A stretch of 64,000 bases of DNA from positions 9,889 through 73,888 of the forward strand of contig CALSBM010000005.1 in assembly GCA_943373175.1 (NCBI GenBank), given 5' to 3'. Each line of letters starts with the position of its first letter. Positions within the stretch are counted from its first letter, which is position 1. A program made the position numbers and the translations under genes. Below are positions 38,076 to 46,782 of the stretch, piece by piece. The DNA is from Chitinophaga pinensis. GTDB lineage: Bacteria > Bacteroidota > Bacteroidia > UBA7662 > JAIXUI01. The notes beneath the pieces are model-generated. The model was not told where the DNA came from. It saw only the letters and a list, made by a program, of their open reading frames with translations, and ran no database searches.

Positions 38076-38824
38076 GCCTTCTGGTGCTCCGACATTTTGG
38101 CAATGCCATAGTGGTAGCCAAGCTCATACATTTCTCTGCCTTTAGATAAATCGAACATTGAAAATTTATACATATCCTCAGGCTCCAGCAAGCAGTCAAC
38201 ATCCTTTATTTCTTGGTGAATATTGGCATGAATACCCAACTGCAAGGTTCTAAGAAGAATATCAATCAATCCGGAAGGAGGAGGAGCAGGCCCTACCGGG
38301 TTAATGTTGATTGCTGTAAGATGGTCGCAGTGTTGCCGGATGATGTGCGCCGGCAGGTTCGATAATATTCCTCCATCGATGTAATAATGCTCTCCCATTT
38401 TTACCATGTGAAAAAGGAGGGGTATTGCCGAAGACGCCATGATGGGTTCAAGCAAGGGGCCTGATTCAAAAACCTCTAACTTTCCTGTTGAATAGTTGGT
38501 AGCGGTTACTCGGAGCGGAATTTTCAGCTCCTCGAAGGTTTTAGCACGTAAATTCTTTTGCAACAAATGCCTCAACCCGTCGGAACGAAAAAGACCGGCA
38601 GAGCTAAGTTTAATTCTGAGAAAGCGAGATAAGGGTTCATCTCGGAAGATTCGGAAGATGTCGTCGGCGGAGTAGCCGTCTGCGTAAAGCACCCCAACTA
38701 CAGCACCGATGCTAACACCGGCGATGCAGTCGAAGCTATAGTCCAGTTCTTCTAATGCACGTAAGACTCCAGCATGAGCAAATCCGCGTCCGGCTCCACC
38801 AGAAAGTACGAGTCCTCGCTTCAT
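38072..38824 (-). CDS. Patatin-like phospholipase (RssA type)
   Basis: LSGGAGRG, GVSIG nucleophile motif, ASSAIP and DGG. Confidence 0.93.
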   Translation of the reverse strand: MKRGLVLSGGAGRGFAHAGVLRALEELDYSFDCIAGVSIGAVVGVLYADGYSADDIFRIFRDEPLSRFLRIKLSSAGLFRSDGLRHLLQKNLRAKTFEELKIPLRVTATNYSTGKLEVFESGPLLEPIMASSAIPLLFHMVKMGEHYYIDGGILSNLPAHIIRQHCDHLTAININPVGPAPPPSGLIDILLRTLQLGIHANIHQEIKDVDCLLEPEDMYKFSMFDLSKGREMYELGYHYGIAKMSEHQKA

Positions 38825-38838
38825 CAGACTGGCATTAG

Positions 38839-39873
38839 TTAGTTTGATTCCGTGCTAACAGGCGTGGCAGTTGCAGTTGGCGTTTTCAGGAGTTCCTTGA
38901 TTTTCAGCTCCAGTTCTTGGGCGAGTTCAGGATTGTCTATCAACAGTTGTTTTACTGAATCACGTCCCTGTCCAAGCCTGGTTTCGCCATAGCTGTACCA
39001 ACTACCACTCTTCTTAATAACGCCCATTTCTGCGCCGATGTCCACAATTTCGCCTTCTTTAGAAATTCCTTCTCCATAAAGGATATCGAATTCGGCCATT
39101 TTAAAAGGAGGAGCAACTTTGTTTTTAACTACTTTAACCTTCGTTCTGTTACCCATAATGTCCACGCCTTCCTTTAGTTGATTACTTCTTCTAATATCAA
39201 GACGTATTGATGAGTAAAACTTAAGTGCGTTTCCACCTGTAGTGGTTTCGGGGTTGCCAAACATCACCCCAATTTTTTCCCTCAATTGGTTAATGAAAAT
39301 ACAAACACAACCTGTTTTCGAGATAGTACCGGTGAGTTTTCGTAGCGCTTGAGACATAAGACGAGCTTGAAGGCCAAGTACGGAGTCGCCCATTTCACCT
39401 TCAATTTCGCTTTTAGGAACTAAAGCCGCAACGGAGTCGATTACGAGGATATCGATAGCACCGGAACGAATCAGGTTATCTGCAATCTCAAGAGCCTGTT
39501 CGCCATTGTCTGGCTGAGAAATAAGCAAATTTTCAGTATCAATGCCAAGGCGTTCGGCATAAGATTTATCAAAGGCATGTTCGGCATCGATAAAAGCGGC
39601 AATACCCCCTTTCTTCTGTGCTTCGGCTATTGCATGGAGCGCAATAGTAGTTTTTCCGGAGGATTCAGGGCCGAAGATTTCAACAACACGCCCCCTGGGG
39701 AAACCGCCTACTCCCAAAGCTACATCGAGCCCAAGAGAGCCTGTGGGAATGACGTCAAGATCCATGAGCTTAGCGTCGCCAAGCTTCATGATAACACCCT
39801 TACCGTACGCTTTCTCAAGTTTGTCGAGCGTAAGTTGAAGCGCTTTGAGTTTTTCGTTATTATTATTATTCAT
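38839..39873 (-). CDS. recA: Recombinase RecA
   Basis: [28 protein letters not shown] and [15 protein letters not shown]. Confidence 0.99.
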   Translation of the reverse strand: MNNNNNEKLKALQLTLDKLEKAYGKGVIMKLGDAKLMDLDVIPTGSLGLDVALGVGGFPRGRVVEIFGPESSGKTTIALHAIAEAQKKGGIAAFIDAEHAFDKSYAERLGIDTENLLISQPDNGEQALEIADNLIRSGAIDILVIDSVAALVPKSEIEGEMGDSVLGLQARLMSQALRKLTGTISKTGCVCIFINQLREKIGVMFGNPETTTGGNALKFYSSIRLDIRRSNQLKEGVDIMGNRTKVKVVKNKVAPPFKMAEFDILYGEGISKEGEIVDIGAEMGVIKKSGSWYSYGETRLGQGRDSVKQLLIDNPELAQELELKIKELLKTPTATATPVSTESN

Positions 39874-40031
39874 GAGAGTAGCGTTCTATGCTTGCAAGTT
39901 TAAACCATCCGATTGTAATCTTATGACAATCTTTTTCACACTGGCAGAATCAAATCTGTAGATGATAGATTGTACAAGGGCAAATCGTGTTAATATAGAT
40001 TCAATCAACCTTAGAATTATGGGGTTAACTT

Positions 40032-40811
40032 CTAACCAAGCATCCATTGTTTCATGAGTTCGAGCACTTCGGCAGATTTTTCTGCATGAATCCAATGTCC
40101 GGCTCCGGCTACGGTATGCAATTGAATCTGGGGAAAATGGGAACGCAGTTCTTCGACATGCTCTTCTAACACATAACCTGAATTGCCGCCACGAACCATC
40201 CAAACAGTGGACGGGAAAACATTGACAAGGTTGATAGGCTGCCCTATTTCAGGTAATTTATTCTTGAGTACTGGCAAATTGAGGCGCCAAGCGAATAATC
40301 CTTGTTCATCGCGGTAGAGGTTTTTCAAGAGAAAAAGGCGGATGTCGGCTTCGGGAATGCGTTCCTTCATCCAAGCTTCGAGTGCGGTGCGGCTTTGAAA
40401 AGCTCCAGGGTCGAGTTCCTGCATTACTGAGAGGTAGTAATTCTGGTGCTCCATGTGGTAAGTGCGATTGGCAATATCAAGCACCATCAATCCTTTAACC
40501 CATTGTGGATAACGGTCGGCAAACAGCATAGCAACTTTTCCACCCATGGAGTGACCTGCTAGCCAAAAAGGCTCTTTAACCTCTACTTCAGCCCAAGCCA
40601 AAAGCATTTCTGCCATTAGAATATAGTTAAAATCCTCCGTATGAGGAGAACGACCATGATTGGGCATATCCACTAAGTAAACTTTAGCGGAAGATGAGAG
40701 CTGCCTAGCAAGGGTAATCCAGTTGTCGGCAGTGCCGAATAGACCATGAACAATAACTACCGGTGGCCCTGAATCACCGAGCTTGTGGAAAAACAAAGGA
40801 GCAGATGACAT
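40032..40811 (-). CDS. Alpha/beta hydrolase (YbfF-like esterase)
   Basis: HGLFG, D.PNHGRS, GHSMGGK and AGHWIHAE; -7 box TAAATTTG at 40829-40822. Confidence 0.92.
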   Translation of the reverse strand: MSSAPLFFHKLGDSGPPVVIVHGLFGTADNWITLARQLSSSAKVYLVDMPNHGRSPHTEDFNYILMAEMLLAWAEVEVKEPFWLAGHSMGGKVAMLFADRYPQWVKGLMVLDIANRTYHMEHQNYYLSVMQELDPGAFQSRTALEAWMKERIPEADIRLFLLKNLYRDEQGLFAWRLNLPVLKNKLPEIGQPINLVNVFPSTVWMVRGGNSGYVLEEHVEELRSHFPQIQLHTVAGAGHWIHAEKSAEVLELMKQWMLG

Positions 40812-40883
40812 AAATACTCAACAAATTTAAGCTGGGTTTGTTAGCTTAATTAACGGTGGGCTCCTTGCAGCCTCACTTCGGAA

Positions 40884-41627
40884 ATGAAACAACTGACGGT
40901 TCAACATACATTGGAAGACTTTCTTACCACTTCTCCTCTCGCCTTCAGGGTGTTGGAGCAGCATGGATTGTCGATTCGCAAACTTGATCTTAACCTCACC
41001 TTGGAGAAAGCATGTTTGCTAACCGATGTTCGGTCTGAAAAAGTTTTAGAAGACTTACATGCCATTGGGGAAGTTGTAAATTGGGAAGGTAGTAGGCCGG
41101 AAGCACTTACTACGGCTGAAATTCTTCGCCTATTACATCAGAATCACCATAAGTTTCTCGCGCAGCTTTTTCCGAGGATCGAATTGCTACTTTATCACTT
41201 AGCCCGGCAAGCCAAGAATTTTCAGCAACAGCTTTCCATACTCACTGAAACCTTCCTTCAGCTTAAGGCAGACTTTACACAACATGTAATGGAAGAAACG
41301 GAGTCCCTATTTCCTTATGTCGAACTTTTGTTACGAATAAGCCGAGGTGAAGGATGTCCGGATGTAATTCTTGCACTGATGGAAGAAGGCAGAGCTGGAA
41401 GTATGGTGGAAAACGATTGCGATATACATCAATTTGTACTTCGCCTCAGGTTAGCTTCTAATCATTACCTTCCTTCAGATCCTGACAATCTGATGATGCG
41501 ATCGCTTTGCAGAAGTTTGGAAGAGCTTGAAAAAGCCCTTTATCAACACGAATACATTGAATTTGAAGTACTGCTTAAGCGTATTCTGGAATTAGAGAAC
41601 AAGGCAATAAACCGAATTCGACATTAA
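40884..41627 (+). CDS. Ric/ScdA-like hemerythrin-domain protein (divergent)
   Basis: ScdA_N-like N-terminus (TLE.AC), HH..L...FP, H..EE...LFPY and LEE.E..L..H...E. Confidence 0.7.
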   Translation: MKQLTVQHTLEDFLTTSPLAFRVLEQHGLSIRKLDLNLTLEKACLLTDVRSEKVLEDLHAIGEVVNWEGSRPEALTTAEILRLLHQNHHKFLAQLFPRIELLLYHLARQAKNFQQQLSILTETFLQLKADFTQHVMEETESLFPYVELLLRISRGEGCPDVILALMEEGRAGSMVENDCDIHQFVLRLRLASNHYLPSDPDNLMMRSLCRSLEELEKALYQHEYIEFEVLLKRILELENKAINRIRH

Positions 41628-41991
41628 ATTATTATAAACTGATATTCTCAAAAAAATCGCAGTTTCTGATATTGTTTATTAATACATGTAACGTTGATTG
41701 GAAATTCTGCTTTTAGTTAAATAGAGCAATTTTCCTCCATATTTTATCAGATTGAAACGGCAGATTCACACAAATTAGCTTGTTAGCACAAGAAGCCTAT
41801 ACTGCGTAATGAATCTTCGGGAAATTGAAAAGTGTACTATTTTCAATTCTTTCATTTTTATCATTTTGAATATCCATTTCTACAAAAAAAAGTGTAAAAA
41901 CTGGCGAATAAAAACCACTCTTATTAAGCGTATATTTTACTATTTCTATTCTGTAAAATGTTAAATTTCTCTTTTTTCTTGACGTCTGAAA

Positions 41992-42019
41992 GTGGTATAT
42001 AATGTTATTTATATAGTCC
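41992..42019. other. Candidate dif-like (XerC/XerD) recombination site
   Basis: 11-6-11 architecture GTGGTATATAA-TGTTAT-TTATATAGTCC, with inner ATAA-N6-TTAT as in E. coli dif, inside a long AT-rich intergenic region. Confidence 0.45.
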
Positions 42020-42217
42020 ATTTTTTCAGTACAGTTTACCTCTGATTAGGGAATATCCGTTGTAAAACTGAATAGGTTAAGAATTTTAGTTTTACAAGAC
42101 AATAAAGATTTGCAGAACTGTTAGCTTAAACATCGGTGTGTGTTTTAAATTAATCGGTTGAGATTCTTTAACTTCTTAAGATAAAAGTCAAGGCTGAGTC
42201 TGACTTAATTTGCAAGT

Positions 42218-43525
42218 ATGAAAGCATTGATTCTGGCCTTTTGGGTATTAATTCCATTTTTCTCCTTGGCACAATCTGTTGAACGTCTCGACAGTTTGTT
42301 TGAGATGATGGCCAAGGAAGGGCGGCTATACGGGCAGGTTTGCCTGACAAAAAACGGGCATGTGGTATATGAACGCGCCTTTGGCGAAGCAGGCACAGGA
42401 AAACCGCTTCAAAAAAGCGACCGTCTTCATATCGGCTCTATTAGTAAAACCTTCACAGCGGTGATGATTCTACAGTTAGTAGAGGAAGGTAAGCTCAACC
42501 TCACAGACCGTTTGTCGCGCTACTTTCCGCAAATGCCAAAAGCAGACAGCATCACCATAGACCAGCTTTTGCGCCACCGCTCCGGGCTGTTCAATTTAAC
42601 CGCTATGCCAGGATATCTACCTTGGGCATACGAAAAACGAAGTAAGAAGGAAGTTCTCAAAATGCTTAGCAAGCAATCTTCCTTGTTTGCACCAGGCAGT
42701 ACCGCATCGTATTCGAACACCAATTTCCTGCTTCTCGGCTGGATTCTGGAAGAAGTCACCGGTCGCGACTATGCTTGGAATCTGCAAGACCGCATAGCGC
42801 GTCCCTTGGGATTACAAAGCTTGCGGTATGCACAAACCGTGATGCCCGAAAATGGTGAAGCAGCTTCCTTTAAAGCAGATTACAGTCTTTCGCGCAATAC
42901 TTATCCCTCCATTCCAGGAGGAGCCGGCGCCATCAGTTGCACTGCTCATGACCTTGCAGAGTTTTTTACTGCCCTGTTTCAATTTCAGTTGTTGAAACAC
43001 GAACGAGTAGCGTACATGAAACGGATGCAAGACGATTATGGTGCTGGGTTGTTTGAGATGCCATTCAAAAAGAAGCTTATTCTTGGACACAATGGTGCTA
43101 TAGATGAGTTTCGGGCTGTAGCGGGATATGCCCCAGATTCAATTATGAGCTTCGCCCTTTTAACCAACCTCAACAGCGATGAAATGAACGATGTGTCAAT
43201 CCTCTTGCTGGAAGACTTTTATGGTCAAAGTTGGAAAATGCCTAAGTCCGTTCCCATCCTCAACGACGAACAACTGGCGAATTTGACAGGAGACTTCAGT
43301 TCTCCAAATCTACCAATCGGAATTAAGTTATACGGAAGCCGCGGACGTTTGATAGCCCAAGCCAGTGGCCAGGATCCCTTTCCCCTCTTGCCTGCCGACG
43401 AGCCCGATCGCTATCGTTTCAAAATGGCGGATGTTTTAATCGATTTGAAGCGCGATAACAGCGGTAAGGTTACCGGTTTCCGCTTTCGCCAAGGCAGCGG
43501 AGACTTTGACTTCAAACGGAAATAA
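42218..43525 (+). CDS. Serine hydrolase (beta-lactamase/PBP-like, D-Ala-D-Ala carboxypeptidase family), exported
   Basis: Signal peptide SLA-Q; SISK (SxxK), LL.HRSG, YSN and GHNG. Confidence 0.92.
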   Translation: MKALILAFWVLIPFFSLAQSVERLDSLFEMMAKEGRLYGQVCLTKNGHVVYERAFGEAGTGKPLQKSDRLHIGSISKTFTAVMILQLVEEGKLNLTDRLSRYFPQMPKADSITIDQLLRHRSGLFNLTAMPGYLPWAYEKRSKKEVLKMLSKQSSLFAPGSTASYSNTNFLLLGWILEEVTGRDYAWNLQDRIARPLGLQSLRYAQTVMPENGEAASFKADYSLSRNTYPSIPGGAGAISCTAHDLAEFFTALFQFQLLKHERVAYMKRMQDDYGAGLFEMPFKKKLILGHNGAIDEFRAVAGYAPDSIMSFALLTNLNSDEMNDVSILLLEDFYGQSWKMPKSVPILNDEQLANLTGDFSSPNLPIGIKLYGSRGRLIAQASGQDPFPLLPADEPDRYRFKMADVLIDLKRDNSGKVTGFRFRQGSGDFDFKRK

Positions 43526-43757
43526 AGGAGCAACGGTACGTTTTGGCTACTAAGTAAGAAGTGATTGTCAATCATTCTCCATGGTAGCGGAAAACAACAG
43601 CACGCGTTGAATATGATGTTCGGATTTGAGTAGCAGATAACACAATCAACTCGGTTAAGGTGCGCGACAATGTTGTAATAGAAATGCCTGTTCCGCCGGT
43701 TTGTTCTTATAAGTTTTCTGTGTTGGAATAACTGCGTGTAAGATGCACGGCCTCTGC

Positions 43758-43765
43758 TACCTTTG
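43758..43765 (+). promoter_or_regulatory. Bacteroidota sigma-A -7 box for uvrA
   Basis: TACCTTTG matches TAnnTTTG and lies 8 nt before the ATG. Confidence 0.7.
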
Positions 43766-43773
43766 CGGCGTTC

Positions 43774-46584
43774 ATGAAGCAGGAGCACACCCTCGACATT
43801 CTCGGCGCCCGAGAACACAACCTCAAAAACATCGATTTGAGTCTCCCAAGGGAGAAACTCATTGTTTTCACCGGATTAAGTGGAAGCGGGAAATCTTCTT
43901 TAGCCTTCGACACCCTCTATGCGGAAGGCCAGCGTCGTTATATGGAAAGTTTTTCTGCCTATGCCCGTCAATTCATCGGCGGCATGGAACGACCTGATGT
44001 AGATAAGGTAGAAGGCCTTAGCCCGGTGATTTCGATTGAACAGAAGACTACCAGCCGCAATCCGCGCTCTACGGTAGGCACCATCACTGAGATTTACGAT
44101 TTTCTTCGGCTGTTATTTGCTCGCGCTTCCGATGCCATTTCATACGTAAGCGGTAAGCAGATGATTAGGCTGAGCGACGACCAAATCATGCACCATCTAC
44201 TCCAGCATTACCTCGGAAAAAAGGTGGTTGTTTTAGCTCCATTGGTTCGTGCAAGAAAAGGCCATTACCGTGAGCTTTTTGCCCAATTGTTAAAAAACGG
44301 CTACACTAAGGTTCGGGTTGACGGAGAAATCCGCGAGCTCACCACTAAAATGCAAGTGGACCGTTACCAAACCCACGATATTGAATTAGTTATCGACCGA
44401 ATAGAAGTGGATGAAGCTTCGAAAACCCGACTGTCTCAATCTATCCAGTCTGGCATGAAACAAGGCAAAGGCGTTATTCTGATTCAGGATTACGAGAGTG
44501 GAGCTTTGTCCTTCTTCTCCAAATTCTTAATGGATCCGGAAAGCGGTATTGCATACGACGAACCGCAGCCAAACTCGTTTTCCTTCAACTCTCCTTATGG
44601 TGCTTGTCCGAACTGCGAAGGATTGGGGGAAATTGGTGAAGTGGATCCTCAGCTCATCGTTCCAGATCCTACCAAATCGGTGCATGGCGGTGCAATTGCC
44701 CCGCTTGGCGAGTACCGCGACATTTGGTTTTTCCGCATTCTCAAAGCTTTAGCTAAACGGCACAAATTCAGCCTTTCCGTACCTTTTTCATCCTATAGCG
44801 AGGAAATAAGAAATCTCATCTTTCACGGACACGAAGAGCCGTTGTTGATGGAATCGAATACCGGAAGCAGTTACCACCATGTTTTTGAGGGCATCATCAA
44901 CGTGTTGCGCAAGAATCTTCACGAACCGGGCAGTGAGAATCTACAGGATTGGGCAGAAGAATTTGTTACACGGGTAGAATGTCCGGAGTGCCAAGGCAAC
45001 CGACTCAAGAAAGAAGCCTTGCACTTTCAAATAGACGGCAAGAACATCTCAGAGTTGTCGCGTATGGAATTAGCAGTATTACAAGGATGGATGGTTGGCC
45101 TGGAATCGAGAATCAGTAATCGGCAGCAGTTAATCGCAGTGGAGATTCTTAAAGAAATCCGGAAACGCCTGGGCTTTCTTACCGACATAGGGTTATCGTA
45201 CTTGGATTTAAATCGCCCAGCGGGAACGCTTTCGGGTGGAGAAGCGCAGCGCATCCGCCTGGCAACGCAAATAGGCTCCCAGCTTGTTGGAGTGTTATAC
45301 ATCCTCGACGAACCCAGCATCGGCTTGCATCAACGCGACAATAGCCGCCTTATAAACTCACTTAAGCAGCTTCGAGATCTGGGCAATACTGTTCTCGTAG
45401 TGGAACACGATAAGGACATGATCCTCGAAAGCGATTATGTGGTGGATATTGGCCCGGGTGCCGGTATTCACGGCGGACAGATAGTTGCACAGGGAATTCC
45501 ATCTGAGTTTATGAAGTCTAATTCGTTGACAGCTCGCTACCTCAATGGAACCATGAGCATTGAGGTTCCAGAAAAGCGTAGGCCTGGAAATGGACATTTT
45601 CTTCACCTTCAAGATGCTCAAGGCCATAATCTAAGAAAAGTAAACGTTCGATTTCCTTTAGGGACGCTCATAGGAGTTACCGGAGTCTCCGGTTCCGGGA
45701 AATCGAGCCTAATAACTGAAACGCTTTATCCCATACTTCGTCAGCATTTCTACAACAGCCGCCAAAAGCCTTTGCCTTATGGCAAGTTAGACGGAATAGA
45801 GCATGTAGATAAAGTGATAGAGATTGATCAAGCACCTATTGGGCGCACGCCGCGCTCCAATGCAGCTACTTACACTGCCGTATTCAACGATATCCGGGCG
45901 TTGTTTGCAGAGCTGCCAGAAGCTAAAATTCGTGGCTACAAACCTGGCCGTTTCTCGTTCAATGTTAAAGGAGGACGCTGCGAAACCTGTGGAGGCGCTG
46001 GAGTTCGGGTGGTGGAAATGAATTTCCTTCCAGATGTAGAAGTTAACTGCGAGGATTGCCAGGGAAAACGATACAACCGCGAGACGTTAGAACTTCGTTA
46101 CAAAGGAAAGAGCATCTCAGATGTATTGAACATGCCGATAAGTGAAGCAGTGGAGTTTTTCGCTCATGTTCCCTCCATTGTGAGGAAGATTGAAACCCTG
46201 AACAGCGTAGGATTAGGCTATCTTACATTAGGACAAAGTTCAACAACACTTTCCGGAGGGGAAGCCCAGCGGGTGAAACTTGCTACCGAACTCAGCAAGC
46301 GCGATACCGGCAAAACGTTCTATATCCTCGACGAACCTACTACCGGGTTGCATTTCGAGGACATTCGCATTTTGTTGGAAGTATTGCAAAAGTTAGTGAA
46401 CCGAGGAAATACGGTGTTGATTATCGAGCACAACCTTGACGTCATCAAAGTGGCCGATCACCTTATTGATATGGGGCCGGAAGGCGGGAAAGAAGGCGGG
46501 ATGATTGTGTTTGAAGGAACACCGGAAGGGCTTAGTTCCTGCCCTGGTAGCCATACCGGGAAGTACTTGAAGATGGAGTTATGA
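43774..46584 (+). CDS. uvrA: Excinuclease ABC subunit A
   Basis: GAREHNLKNI, GLSGSGKSSLAFDTLYAEGQRRY, two LSGGEAQR motifs, zinc fingers, and a second Walker A GVSGSGKS. Confidence 0.98.
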   Translation: MKQEHTLDILGAREHNLKNIDLSLPREKLIVFTGLSGSGKSSLAFDTLYAEGQRRYMESFSAYARQFIGGMERPDVDKVEGLSPVISIEQKTTSRNPRSTVGTITEIYDFLRLLFARASDAISYVSGKQMIRLSDDQIMHHLLQHYLGKKVVVLAPLVRARKGHYRELFAQLLKNGYTKVRVDGEIRELTTKMQVDRYQTHDIELVIDRIEVDEASKTRLSQSIQSGMKQGKGVILIQDYESGALSFFSKFLMDPESGIAYDEPQPNSFSFNSPYGACPNCEGLGEIGEVDPQLIVPDPTKSVHGGAIAPLGEYRDIWFFRILKALAKRHKFSLSVPFSSYSEEIRNLIFHGHEEPLLMESNTGSSYHHVFEGIINVLRKNLHEPGSENLQDWAEEFVTRVECPECQGNRLKKEALHFQIDGKNISELSRMELAVLQGWMVGLESRISNRQQLIAVEILKEIRKRLGFLTDIGLSYLDLNRPAGTLSGGEAQRIRLATQIGSQLVGVLYILDEPSIGLHQRDNSRLINSLKQLRDLGNTVLVVEHDKDMILESDYVVDIGPGAGIHGGQIVAQGIPSEFMKSNSLTARYLNGTMSIEVPEKRRPGNGHFLHLQDAQGHNLRKVNVRFPLGTLIGVTGVSGSGKSSLITETLYPILRQHFYNSRQKPLPYGKLDGIEHVDKVIEIDQAPIGRTPRSNAATYTAVFNDIRALFAELPEAKIRGYKPGRFSFNVKGGRCETCGGAGVRVVEMNFLPDVEVNCEDCQGKRYNRETLELRYKGKSISDVLNMPISEAVEFFAHVPSIVRKIETLNSVGLGYLTLGQSSTTLSGGEAQRVKLATELSKRDTGKTFYILDEPTTGLHFEDIRILLEVLQKLVNRGNTVLIIEHNLDVIKVADHLIDMGPEGGKEGGMIVFEGTPEGLSSCPGSHTGKYLKMEL

Positions 46585-46782
46585 GTTATCAATTAAAAAT
46601 TATCAATATTGAAAAGCTCAAGCGGTAGATATTCGCTGAGGTTTATGGTTTAAGTGTTATTGCCGAAGTAAAATACCCATTCGCATTTTCATCATCGGAA
46701 AAGTTGAGCATAACCAATGCGCGACCGTTCTGGCTTAGTTGTAAAGCAAACGCATGATGCGTTTCTGCTACAGACATTTGCT

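Noticed and set aside
38072-38824. Patatin as a CBASS/CapV defence effector
   Set aside because: It is an RssA-type sequence in a housekeeping context with no CD-NTase nearby.
39856-39870. (AAT)n run at the recA 5' end
   Set aside because: Only four triplets, in frame (poly-Asn), consistent with A/T-rich initiation regions.
41979-42003. E. coli-type TTGACG/TATAAT promoter
   Set aside because: The spacer is only 13 bp and Bacteroidota use TTTG/TAnnTTTG. The TATAAT is better explained as part of the dif-like site.
41797-42021. 74-aa minus-strand ORF
   Set aside because: Low-complexity F/I/N/K composition typical of chance ORFs in AT-rich DNA; no motif.
41628-42217. oriC in the AT-rich gap
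   Set aside because: No cluster of TTATCCACA-like DnaA boxes and no typical origin-flanking genes.
42218-43525. Acquired beta-lactamase resistance gene
   Set aside because: The motifs fit the broad serine hydrolase/carboxypeptidase family with an extra C-terminal domain, and there is no mobile context.
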